Shown piece after piece: positions 9,693 to 18,185 of a stretch of DNA of 57,020 nucleotides. The translations under genes were made by a program, and so were the position numbers. Under the pieces are notes generated by a model, which searched no databases, had not been told where the DNA came from, and saw only the letters and a program-made list of their open reading frames with translations. Each line of letters starts with the position of its first letter. The first letter of the stretch is position 1. The stretch lies in sequence record SRR31156797_1719; one strand, given 5' to 3'.

Positions 9693-9775
9693 ATAAAATC
9701 TAATGTAAATTGTATGTAAAAATAAGGTAAAATAGGACATGTGTCACTTCATTTTGACGGGATACTTGGTATGAT
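9693..9775. promoter_or_regulatory. Divergent control region: 11-bp-phased TTTACA repeats, GACATGTGTC palindrome, extended -10
   Basis: Plus strand ATAAAA 9693, TGTAAA 9704, TGTAAA 9715, GGTAAA 9726; GACATGTGTC 9736-9745; TGgTATGAT 9767-9775. Confidence 0.65.
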
Positions 9776-9815
9776 TTGAATGTAAGAAAGCGTCAAACCA
9801 TTAGGAGGAGAAAAA

Positions 9816-10748
9816 ATGCCATTGAAACGAATTGTTAAAGGAATGTTAGGAATTGCGTTAGTTGCCGCATTGACCGGCTGTGGGAATGGGAGCAGCAGCA
9901 GCGACAGCAGTGCCGCAGCCGAAAAAGAAAAGCTGGTGGTACAATTCGTACCGACCAATAATGACGGCTCGATGCAAGCCAAAGCAAAACCGTTTGCTGA
10001 GTATTTATCAAAAAAATTAGACCGTGAAGTAGAAGTAACGTTAGCAACGGATTATTCGACGATCGTAGAAGCGATGGCTTCTGGACAAGTTGATTTAGGG
10101 ATCATGCCGCCAGCCGCTTATGTTCAAGCCAAAGACATGGATGCAGCTGAAGCGATTTTGACTTCTCAATTAGGTGCTTATGATCCAGAGACGGGCTTGC
10201 CATTAGAAGGGGAAAAAACCAATACCTTCAAAGGGGAGATCTTGGTCCGTGCGGATAGCGACATGACAGAATTGACGGACTTAAAAGGGAAAAAAATCGC
10301 CACATTGAGTCCAAACTCTGCCAGCGGCTATATTTACCCAGTTGCCGAGTTGAAAGATGCAGGAGTTGATCCAACGACGGATGCTACATTAACGACGGTG
10401 AATGATATTCCAAGTGAAATCACTGCAGTCTTGAATGGTCAGATGGATGCCGCCTTTGTGTTTCAAGGGGCACGGAATGTCTTTGCTTCAAGCTTCCCAG
10501 ACAACGACTTATTCGAAGATCTAAAAGTCCTTTACTTGACTGAAGGGGATATTCCAAATGACGCCATTGCCGTCCAACCATCAATGGATGCTGAACTAAA
10601 AGAGCAGATCAAAGAAGTGTTCTTGAACATGGCAGATGATGAAGAGGGTGCCGAAGCAATGAGCTTGTGGGGACACCAAGGGTATGAAGAAGCAGCAGAT
10701 TCTGCTTACGATACCATTCGCGATTATACACAACGAGCAGCAGAGTAA
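9816..10748 (+). CDS. phnD: Phosphate/phosphite/phosphonate ABC substrate-binding lipoprotein (PhnD family)
   Basis: Lipobox LTGC; DYSTIVEAM, LKGKKIA..SPNSASGY, IPND motifs. Confidence 0.88.
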   Translation: MPLKRIVKGMLGIALVAALTGCGNGSSSSDSSAAAEKEKLVVQFVPTNNDGSMQAKAKPFAEYLSKKLDREVEVTLATDYSTIVEAMASGQVDLGIMPPAAYVQAKDMDAAEAILTSQLGAYDPETGLPLEGEKTNTFKGEILVRADSDMTELTDLKGKKIATLSPNSASGYIYPVAELKDAGVDPTTDATLTTVNDIPSEITAVLNGQMDAAFVFQGARNVFASSFPDNDLFEDLKVLYLTEGDIPNDAIAVQPSMDAELKEQIKEVFLNMADDEEGAEAMSLWGHQGYEEAADSAYDTIRDYTQRAAE

Positions 10749-10908
10749 AAAATCAGGGATTGCGGTAGAAGGATAACGGGACACGGAGATGTGCAGCGAT
10801 TTACTAGGGGAATAGGTGGAATACGCAGTACCAGTGCATTTTTTAGTGAAATAGACCGTGACCGATTGGGGAAACTTTGCCGCGGTCCCTACATAATGGA
10901 GAAAACAG

Positions 10909-11700
10909 ATGATAACTTTTGAGAATGTATCCAAAGTCTACCCAAATGGGGTCAAAGGATTACAGAACATAGATGTGACGATTGAGCAAGGTGAATTTGT
11001 GGCCATCATTGGCTTGAGCGGTGCTGGTAAGAGTACCTTTTTACGCTCGATCAATCGCTTAGTGCCAATCACTGAAGGAGATATCCGGGTAGACGGCAAA
11101 TCAGTCACGAAAGCCAATAAAAAAGAATTGCGCTTGATTCGTCGACAAATCGGATTGATCTCGCAAAGCTTCAATTTGGTCAAACGCAGTACCGTTCAAA
11201 AAAATGTTTTGTCTGGGCGTTTGGGGTATTACGGGACCTGGAAAAGTATTTTAGGGTTGTTTACGAAAGAAGACTACGAAAGAACGAAAGAAGCGCTAGC
11301 GACTGTCGGCTTGTCAGACAAACTGCAAACGAGAAGCGACCAGTTGAGTGGGGGGCAACAGCAGCGGGTATCCATCGCCCGTGCCTTGGTCCAACAAGCG
11401 CCGGTGATTTTAGCAGATGAACCTGTGGCATCACTAGATCCCATCACGACAGAGAAAGTGATGGAGGATCTGAAGAAGATCAATCAAGAAATGGGCAAAA
11501 CGATTGTCATCAATCTGCATTCGATTCCCTTGGCTCGTCAGTATGCGACAAGGATCATTGCCTTAAAAGCAGGTGCGATCGTTTTTGACGGCAACGCAGC
11601 CGCTTTGACAGATCAGCGTTTAGAACAAATCTATGGCAAAGCAATTTTTGAAGAAAAGGCAGGAGAAATCGATGAAACTGAAAGAAACAGTTCATTTTAA
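10909..11700 (+). CDS. phnC: PhnC-family ABC ATPase
   Basis: [33 protein letters not shown]. Confidence 0.92.
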   Translation: MITFENVSKVYPNGVKGLQNIDVTIEQGEFVAIIGLSGAGKSTFLRSINRLVPITEGDIRVDGKSVTKANKKELRLIRRQIGLISQSFNLVKRSTVQKNVLSGRLGYYGTWKSILGLFTKEDYERTKEALATVGLSDKLQTRSDQLSGGQQQRVSIARALVQQAPVILADEPVASLDPITTEKVMEDLKKINQEMGKTIVINLHSIPLARQYATRIIALKAGAIVFDGNAAALTDQRLEQIYGKAIFEEKAGEIDETERNSSF

Positions 11701-12451
11701 TTGGTACAAACACCTGCTGCTGGTTCTTTTATTGCTGCTCTTTTTTCAAAGTAGTGCCTGGATCACAGGGGCTGATTTTGCACAAGTGTGGTCGAATCGC
11801 AGCCAGATGACGGCTTTCATGGCTCGCTTTTTGCACCCAGACTTTAGTTATCTACCGCAACTGATGATGCCCTTGATCAAGACATTGCAGATGTCCTTTT
11901 TAGGCACCGTTTTAGGAGTAGTCGCAGCGATACCGGTGAGTCTGTTGGCGACAACAGTCGTGACAGAAAGCCGTTGGGTCTCGGTGCCGATGCGTTTTCT
12001 CTTAGGTCTGGTGCGGACGATCCCCAATCTATTGTTGGCGGCATTGTTCGTAGCGATTTTTGGAATCGGTGAAGCCACTGGTGTTTTGACCATCGCGGTC
12101 TTTACCTTTGGTATGGTTTCACAGCTGATGTTCCAAGCGATCGAAACCATTGATTTTGCGCCGATCGAAGCAGCAGCAGCGGTAGGAGCGAATAAATTTC
12201 AAGTGACCGTTTGGGCGATCATTCCCCAAGTCATCAGCCAGTTTGCCAGCTATACTTTTTATGCCTTTGAAGTCAATGTTCGAGCTTCGACGGTGTTAGG
12301 GTATGTGGGTGCCGGCGGGATCGGGGTAATCTTGAACGCCTCATTGGCATTGTTGAATTATGAGCGGGTCTCGATCATTATCTTGACGATTTTGCTGACA
12401 GTAGCGATCGTTGATTTTCTCAGTGAGCGGGTAAGGAGGTCTTTCCTATGA
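11672..12451 (+). CDS. phnE: PhnE-family ABC permease
   Basis: [30 protein letters not shown] 11672 after AGGAG. Confidence 0.9.
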   Translation: MKLKETVHFNWYKHLLLVLLLLLFFQSSAWITGADFAQVWSNRSQMTAFMARFLHPDFSYLPQLMMPLIKTLQMSFLGTVLGVVAAIPVSLLATTVVTESRWVSVPMRFLLGLVRTIPNLLLAALFVAIFGIGEATGVLTIAVFTFGMVSQLMFQAIETIDFAPIEAAAAVGANKFQVTVWAIIPQVISQFASYTFYAFEVNVRASTVLGYVGAGGIGVILNASLALLNYERVSIIILTILLTVAIVDFLSERVRRSFL

Positions 12452-13230
12452 TGATCAGAGAAGTGAAGAAAACGACTTGGCTGTTATGGGGACTCTTTGC
12501 TGTTTTACTAGTTTTATCCGCTGCGACGCTGGATTATTCTGGATTAAGCACCTTTTCCTTAGCGATGGGAAGAGATGTCTTGCAAGGGCTGAGTCAGCCA
12601 GACTGGTCCTTCTTTTATGACGGCAGTGGGGAAGATCTGTGGAGCTTGTTGTTACTGACGATCGGGATCGCTTGTCTAGGAACGATGATTGCAACAGTCT
12701 GCGCGATTCCAGTGACCTTGCTGAGTGCCGCCAACCTATGGACCTCGACACCCTGGGTCGCAAAAATCGGCAAAATGATCTGCAATATCTTGCGGGCATT
12801 TCCCGAGCTGGTTTATGCGATTATTTTTGTCCGTGTGGTAGGTCCAGGACCTTTTGCTGGAGTTATGGCGATCGGTGTCCACCAGATCGGTATGCTGGGC
12901 AAGTTGTTTACCGAAGAAATGGAAGCCATGGATGAGCGCTTGACGGAAGAGATGCAAGCCGTCGGTGCCAATTTTTGGCAGACGATGTTTTTCGTGCGGG
13001 TCCCCTACTTAGCACCCATCTATAGTTCCTTTGCATTGAATCATTTTGAAATTGCGGTCCGCAGTGCGGCAACATTAGGGTTAGTCGGTGCTGGCGGGAT
13101 CGGTGCACCATTGATTTTTGCTATTCAAACCAGAACCTGGAGCAAGGTAAGTATTATTTTGTTGGGCGTCGTTGTGACCGTCTTCTTATTAGACCAGTTG
13201 ACTGGAATCATCAGAAAGAAATTGAGATAA
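12448..13230 (+). CDS. phnE: PhnE-family ABC permease (second)
   Basis: RAFPEL, FEIAVRSAATLGLVGAGGIG. Confidence 0.9.
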   Translation: MMIREVKKTTWLLWGLFAVLLVLSAATLDYSGLSTFSLAMGRDVLQGLSQPDWSFFYDGSGEDLWSLLLLTIGIACLGTMIATVCAIPVTLLSAANLWTSTPWVAKIGKMICNILRAFPELVYAIIFVRVVGPGPFAGVMAIGVHQIGMLGKLFTEEMEAMDERLTEEMQAVGANFWQTMFFVRVPYLAPIYSSFALNHFEIAVRSAATLGLVGAGGIGAPLIFAIQTRTWSKVSIILLGVVVTVFLLDQLTGIIRKKLR

Positions 13231-13234
13231 ACCT

Positions 13235-14047
13235 ATGAATGTATTGCATATATCAGATATCCATTTTCGAGAAAGTTACCTGCCTTGTGAAGAAGGGTAT
13301 CAAGGAATGCTGGCAGCCATGCAAAATCCTTTGATTCCTCTTGAAGAGTGTATCCAAGATGCCAAGGCGCGAGCAGCGATCGATTTGGTGGTGATCAGCG
13401 GCGATTTGACCGAAGATGGCGCGCCTGCCGATTATGCCTCTTTGAAGCAATATTTAGAAAAAGCCTTTGGCTCAGTGCCCATCGTAGTAACGCTAGGTAA
13501 TCATGATATCAAACGGCATTTTCGCCAAGGCTGGCAAGGCAAGTCAGTAGAAACCGCCAGTGATACACCTTTTAATCAAGTCTATGAAACGGAGACATTG
13601 GCGATCGTGACTTTCGATAATTCCTGCTATGGCTATGCCGACGGTATCGTAGATGAGCGACAGTTTGAATGGCTGCAAGCCACGCTGGCGCAGCTCAAAG
13701 AGAAAAAGATCGTTTTTGTGACGCACCATCATTTGTTGCCCGACCAAGCAAGCACGCCGGCATGGGCCGGTGCCAATCGTTTGGTGGCATTATTGCAGCA
13801 GTATCAAATCTCTTGTATTCTCAGTGGACATACCCATCATGCGTTTACGGGAACGATCGCAGGGATTCCTTACTATACTGTGGCAAGTATGTCGTTTGTC
13901 GGGGAAGATGAAGGCGATGGGATGGTCCGTTTTGAAGAACGCTATGGATACAATTTGTATCGTTTCGAGGAAGGTGCATTGGTTCATCAATCCTCAGAAA
14001 ACTATCGACCGAACCGTGTATTGATGCGGGTCAACATGCAAGGATAA
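13235..14047 (+). CDS. Calcineurin-like metallophosphoesterase, CpdA/Icc/GpdQ (class III PDE) type, cytoplasmic
   Basis: HISDIH, SGDLTEDG, LGNHD, THHH, SGHTH motifs; no signal peptide. Confidence 0.88.
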   Translation: MNVLHISDIHFRESYLPCEEGYQGMLAAMQNPLIPLEECIQDAKARAAIDLVVISGDLTEDGAPADYASLKQYLEKAFGSVPIVVTLGNHDIKRHFRQGWQGKSVETASDTPFNQVYETETLAIVTFDNSCYGYADGIVDERQFEWLQATLAQLKEKKIVFVTHHHLLPDQASTPAWAGANRLVALLQQYQISCILSGHTHHAFTGTIAGIPYYTVASMSFVGEDEGDGMVRFEERYGYNLYRFEEGALVHQSSENYRPNRVLMRVNMQG

Positions 14048-14103
14048 AAACAGACGTTCCGTCAACGCTGCCTTTAGCAGCAGGAAAGGAACGTCTGTTT
14101 TTG
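14046..14103. terminator. Bidirectional terminator
   Basis: AAAAACAGACGTTCC 14046-14060 / GGAACGTCTGTTTTT 14088-14102 between convergent genes. Confidence 0.8.
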
Positions 14104-14115
14104 TGTGAAAAAGGC

Positions 14116-14601
14116 TTAGCCTTGATTGCCAAAGGTTTTGACAACTTCAATCGTGCCGTCGATATGAAAAAACAAGGTATAATTTTCTTCGGTTTTGATG
14201 CCATCAAAACGGCGGGCATAATAGGTGACCGCGTCTTTGAAGGTTTGTGGGGGAACCCCTAAAAAATCAGCGCATGCCGCCAATGTTTTGCAGCCTTCTT
14301 CAAAACAAGCGATGATATCATAGGGCGTGACCACGATCGCAGAACCAATGTCGCGGGCTTTGCGTTCTTGTTTGCGTTTTTCGTTGGTGTCTTGGGCGGT
14401 AATGTCGCCAGCACTGGTCAGATAATGACCGATTTCTTCACCGATGGTGCTCAAGAGGTCTTCTTGTGATTGGTCAGGGTTCAAGTAAATATGGTGATCG
14501 ATGTACAATCCTTGCTGACCATCAGGCATATTTTTATCGAAAATAAAGTGCAAGTCTGGGTAGGCGGCCATCAGTTCTTCTACTTTATCCATTTCCATCA
14601 T
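14116..14601 (-). CDS. ImmA/IrrE-family (Peptidase M78-like) metallopeptidase / anti-repressor
   Basis: GLY...IYLN...TIGEEIGHYLT...QERKAR; C-terminal helix ACADFLGV; overlaps XRE stop codon. Confidence 0.82.
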   Translation of the reverse strand: MMEMDKVEELMAAYPDLHFIFDKNMPDGQQGLYIDHHIYLNPDQSQEDLLSTIGEEIGHYLTSAGDITAQDTNEKRKQERKARDIGSAIVVTPYDIIACFEEGCKTLAACADFLGVPPQTFKDAVTYYARRFDGIKTEENYTLFFHIDGTIEVVKTFGNQG

Positions 14602-14930
14602 TCCTTTTGGGCGTGCCGCTGTTTTGTAAATTCAATATAGCTGAGGATATCTTCCATCTGCTCATCGGTGACGTCATCATCAATATGGGCCGCAACGGTT
14701 TGAACTTTTGCAGAGGGCTGCGTAAAGCCTGCCGGGACTTGTCTGCCTAATAAAAAATCGGTGGATACTTGAAAAATCTCCGCGAGTTTGACGATGGTCT
14801 CGCCATCGGGTTCGTTACGATCATTTTCGAAATGAGAATACGCTGCGCGGGTGATTCCCAGCTGATCTGCGATCTGCTGTTGGGTTTGATTGGTTCGTAG
14901 TCTGAGTGTTCTTAGCCGTTCGCCAAGCAT
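14598..14930 (-). CDS. XRE/Cro-CI repressor (ImmR/cI-like)
   Basis: LGERLRTLR...TQQQIADQLGITRAAYSHFENDRNEPD...VSTDFLLGR; C-terminal TVAAHID; GGAGG RBS. Confidence 0.92.
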   Translation of the reverse strand: MLGERLRTLRLRTNQTQQQIADQLGITRAAYSHFENDRNEPDGETIVKLAEIFQVSTDFLLGRQVPAGFTQPSAKVQTVAAHIDDDVTDEQMEDILSYIEFTKQRHAQKE

Positions 14931-14952
14931 GAGTGATCGCCTCCTTTTTTGT

Positions 14953-15073
14953 AGTATAGCACGTTAGATATAATTTGTATCTATTTTTGTATTATTTGAT
15001 ATAAAAAATATCACATTAGTTGACGATACGAATCGTATCTTTCATACTGGAAACAGATGATATGAATCGTATC
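14953..15073. promoter_or_regulatory. Divergent promoters with four GATA-N7-TATC operators
   Basis: Operators 14967-14981, 14998-15012, 15025-15039, 15059-15073; rightward TTGACG(15020)-17-CATACT(15043); leftward TGcTATACT 14961-14953. Confidence 0.8.
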
Positions 15074-15092
15074 AAAAGAATGGGGGAGGATC

Positions 15093-15458
15093 ATGGATAC
15101 ATCGATCGTAACAGTTGTCTTGCCGTCACTCATTACTGGTGTACTTACTTATTTGGCTACCCGAGTATCCAGCAAAGCGAATTTGGAACAAACGAATATC
15201 GAAAATGCCCAGAAGCTTTACCTAAAATATGAACAAATCAATCAAGAATTGACCCATAAAATCGATCAGTTAGAAGAAGAAGTCCAAAAGACCACTAAAA
15301 CCTACCAAGAAGAAGTCTTAGTTTATCAAGGAAAACTTGCTACTGCCCAAAGCGAACGGGATTTTTTGCGGGCAGAAAATCAGGTGCTGAAAGAATTACA
15401 GCGAGTAAATCAAGTGCCTGGCACGCGTGAAGAGAAGCAACATTCAGCCGTTGGCTAA
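15093..15458 (+). CDS. Small protein with N-terminal TM helix and long coiled coil; function unknown
   Basis: GGAGG RBS; IVTVVLPSLITGVLTYLA hydrophobic segment then E/Q/K heptad-like region; own terminator. Confidence 0.8.
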   Translation: MDTSIVTVVLPSLITGVLTYLATRVSSKANLEQTNIENAQKLYLKYEQINQELTHKIDQLEEEVQKTTKTYQEEVLVYQGKLATAQSERDFLRAENQVLKELQRVNQVPGTREEKQHSAVG

Positions 15459-15461
15459 TAG

Positions 15462-15497
15462 AAAAAAACTGCTTATCCGTCAATAAGCAGTTTTTTC
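15462..15497. terminator. Bidirectional terminator
   Basis: GAAAAAAACTGCTTAT-loop-ATAAGCAGTTTTTTC. Confidence 0.82.
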
Positions 15498-15499
15498 GA

Positions 15500-17251
15500 T
15501 TAGTTGATCATTTGTTCATTGACATAGGCAGCATAAAGCGGGTGGTTGTTGATCAATTGTGCATGGGTACCTTGACCGGTAATGGTGCCTTTTTCTATAA
15601 AGTAGATTTGGTCGGCATCCACGATGGTCGATAAGCGATGAGCGATCACTAATGTCGTACGTCCTTCCATCAAATGATCCAACGCCCGCTGGACTTTTTC
15701 TTCTGACTGAGAATCTAGGCTGGCAGTCGCTTCATCCAGCATCAGCAGCTTGGGATCCCGCAAGAATGCTCGAGCGATGGCGATCCGTTGTTTTTGACCA
15801 CCAGATAGTTTGACGCCGCGTTCGCCGATTTGTGTTTCTAGTTTTTCGGGGAACTCTTGGACGAACTGATCGGCATAAGCCAATGCCAGTCCTTGCCACA
15901 ATTCCTCCTCTGACAGCGTCCGGCCCAATCCGTATTGCAAGTTTTCCCGAATCGTACCGGCAAAGACCGCGCTGTCTTGGGAAACATAGCCGATCTGTGC
16001 CCGCCAGTTTTGCAGATCAATGTCAGCTATCGGCTGATCTCCAATCAGCAAGCGCCCGCTGGTGGGCTCATAAAAGCGTTCCAGTAAAGCAAAAATCGTG
16101 GATTTTCCGCCGCCGCTTGGTCCTGCAAAAGCAATCACGGTGTTGGGTTTGGCTTCAAAAGAAATGTTTTGCAAAATCGGCCGTTTGGGATCGTAACTGA
16201 AATCGATTTGTTCTGCTCGTAAGACTGCTCCATCGATGGCGGCTTTGGGTGCTGCTTGAATTGGTTCTAGCGGCGTATCCAAAATTTCTTGGATCCGTTC
16301 CGTAGCACCCATCGCTTTTTGGACTTGTGAAAAGAACATCGCAAACGTCGTTACAGGCGCAATAATATTAAAGAGATACAGTAGAAAAGCGATCAATGCG
16401 CCGCTCGTCAAGGTGCCGGCTTGCACACGGATCGCGCCATAACCGAGGATTCCTACGAGTAAGCCCAGCATGGCCGTCGTCATGATTGGCTGCAAAATCG
16501 CACTGACTTTCGCATCCTTGACCCCGAGGGTAAAAATTGCCCCAATGTTGCGCCGACCGTTTTCTTGTTCACTGGCTTCTCCGTTGCTGGCTTTGATCAA
16601 ACGGATCTCTGAGAGCTTTTCGCTGGCATCCGCATTGAAATCGGCGGTCGCTGCTTGCAACTGGCGTCCCAGTTTTGACATGATCTTGCCGATTGGCCAC
16701 ATGATCAAGGTGATCAAAGGCACCGCACTGAACATGATCGCAGCCATCTTCCAGTCCATCAAAAACAAGATGATCATCGAACCGATCAATTGGATCAAGC
16801 CAGTGACAAAGCTGGGAAATTGCGAGGTGACTAGTTCTTTGATCACTGACGTATCATTGACGAGTCGCGAACTGCTTTCCCCCGACTTGTGGTCATCAAA
16901 ATAGCTGACTGGCAAATGCAGCAGATGTTTCCAAAGACGTTCCCGCAACGTTTTCACAGCACTTTCTCCAACATAGCGCAAGAGAAAGCCGCCTAAAGTC
17001 CCTACGCCTAATTGCAGCACAAAGGCTAGGATCAAAACGACCAGCATGGAGGTGCTGAACGTGGGGGTGCCGCTGGCATCGACCAGTGTTTTCGTCAGCT
17101 GCGGCACGACCAAACTGGCGGCACTTGTGATCAGGCTAAAGAGCATCCCTAAAAGAAACAAGCCTTTCTTAGGATTGACACTGACGATCAGGTGGATAAA
17201 GTCTTTCATTTTAAATTTGTTTTTGTTCACTGTTGGTGTCGTTGTTTCCAT
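15500..17251 (-). CDS. Multidrug ABC exporter (fused TMD-NBD), LmrA/BmrA-like
   Basis: 6-TM domain; GPSGGGKST, LSGGQKQR, LMLDEATASLD, IAHRLST; ATG 17251 after GGAGG. Confidence 0.93.
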   Translation of the reverse strand: METTTPTVNKNKFKMKDFIHLIVSVNPKKGLFLLGMLFSLITSAASLVVPQLTKTLVDASGTPTFSTSMLVVLILAFVLQLGVGTLGGFLLRYVGESAVKTLRERLWKHLLHLPVSYFDDHKSGESSSRLVNDTSVIKELVTSQFPSFVTGLIQLIGSMIILFLMDWKMAAIMFSAVPLITLIMWPIGKIMSKLGRQLQAATADFNADASEKLSEIRLIKASNGEASEQENGRRNIGAIFTLGVKDAKVSAILQPIMTTAMLGLLVGILGYGAIRVQAGTLTSGALIAFLLYLFNIIAPVTTFAMFFSQVQKAMGATERIQEILDTPLEPIQAAPKAAIDGAVLRAEQIDFSYDPKRPILQNISFEAKPNTVIAFAGPSGGGKSTIFALLERFYEPTSGRLLIGDQPIADIDLQNWRAQIGYVSQDSAVFAGTIRENLQYGLGRTLSEEELWQGLALAYADQFVQEFPEKLETQIGERGVKLSGGQKQRIAIARAFLRDPKLLMLDEATASLDSQSEEKVQRALDHLMEGRTTLVIAHRLSTIVDADQIYFIEKGTITGQGTHAQLINNHPLYAAYVNEQMIN

Positions 17252-17310
17252 TCGTTTTCCTCCGCAGCAAGCAAGATGGCTCACCGCTTTTTCTTTTTAA
17301 TTAGGTGTTA

Positions 17311-18165
17311 TTAGAAATCCTGCCAATCCTCCTCGGCTGCTTCGTCTTTAGAAGCGGAAGTCGGTTTTGCTTTGCGGTCTTGTCCAAACCCGTAGGCATC
17401 AAAAAAGTTGCCTTTTACCCATGTGTACCGTGGATCATTCGCCTCGCTATTATCAAACGGCCCAAACGGCCCAAACGGCTCAAATGGTCGATTGCCAACC
17501 ATGCCGCGATGTCCAGGAAACGGCATTTGCCGCATGGCTTCCTTGATCTGTTTTTTCATTTTGCGTCGCTCATCAACGCCCATTTCTTGCCAAGTATCTT
17601 TCATTTGTTGCCTCATTTTTCGACGATCCTCATTCGACATTTCCTGCCAATTTCCGTCCCATTGCTTCATCATTTCTTCCCGAATCTCTTGCATGGCTTG
17701 CAAACGATCCATTGGGTCAATAAAGCGTTGTGCCTGCTGTTGGAAGTCCGTCTCCCACCCAGCGGCGATGTTTTCAAGCAGACGAGCAAATTCGGTTTGT
17801 TCCTCCTCTGAGAGCCCAGCAAAAAACGACTGACTGCTGGTGGCTTCTTTTTGTGCTAGTAATTTTTCCGCTTTTTTTCTTCCAGTTTCTGTCAGGTAGA
17901 TTCGTTTGATTCGTTTGTCAGCAGCATCTTCTTTGCGATGAATATCGCCACTATTTTCCATTTTCTTCAATAGTTCCGCTAGAGAGCTTGGCCGTAGGTC
18001 TAAGACTTCTGCAAGATAACTTTGCACCAAGCCGTCTTCTAAATTTAAAACGGCCAGGACACGTTGCTGTCCCGAAAGGCGCTGGTTGTTTTGACTCATA
18101 AAGGCATTGCTGGCTTCGCTGATAAAACGAAGCTGTTTCATTAAGTGGTCGGTCATTGTACTCAT
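17311..18165 (-). CDS. MarR-family regulator with long Met/Gln/Arg-rich C-terminal extension
   Basis: MarR wHTH (QSYLAEVLDLRPSSLAELLKKME, DAADKR, LTETG); ATG 18165 after AAAGGAG. Confidence 0.88.
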   Translation of the reverse strand: MSTMTDHLMKQLRFISEASNAFMSQNNQRLSGQQRVLAVLNLEDGLVQSYLAEVLDLRPSSLAELLKKMENSGDIHRKEDAADKRIKRIYLTETGRKKAEKLLAQKEATSSQSFFAGLSEEEQTEFARLLENIAAGWETDFQQQAQRFIDPMDRLQAMQEIREEMMKQWDGNWQEMSNEDRRKMRQQMKDTWQEMGVDERRKMKKQIKEAMRQMPFPGHRGMVGNRPFEPFGPFGPFDNSEANDPRYTWVKGNFFDAYGFGQDRKAKPTSASKDEAAEEDWQDF

Positions 18166-18185
18166 GGTGTACACTCCTTTTGGTT

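Noticed and set aside
9816-13230. Phosphonate degradation (C-P lyase) operon
   Set aside because: Only transporter genes are present; no phnG-M, phnX/W or ptxD
15020-15232. 70-aa ORF as a cro-like gene
   Set aside because: Starts inside the -35 hexamer, has no RBS or HTH, and overlaps the better-supported 15093 gene
14116-15458. Intact prophage or ICE
   Set aside because: No integrase, att repeats, or replication, conjugation or structural genes; flanks are ordinary metabolic genes
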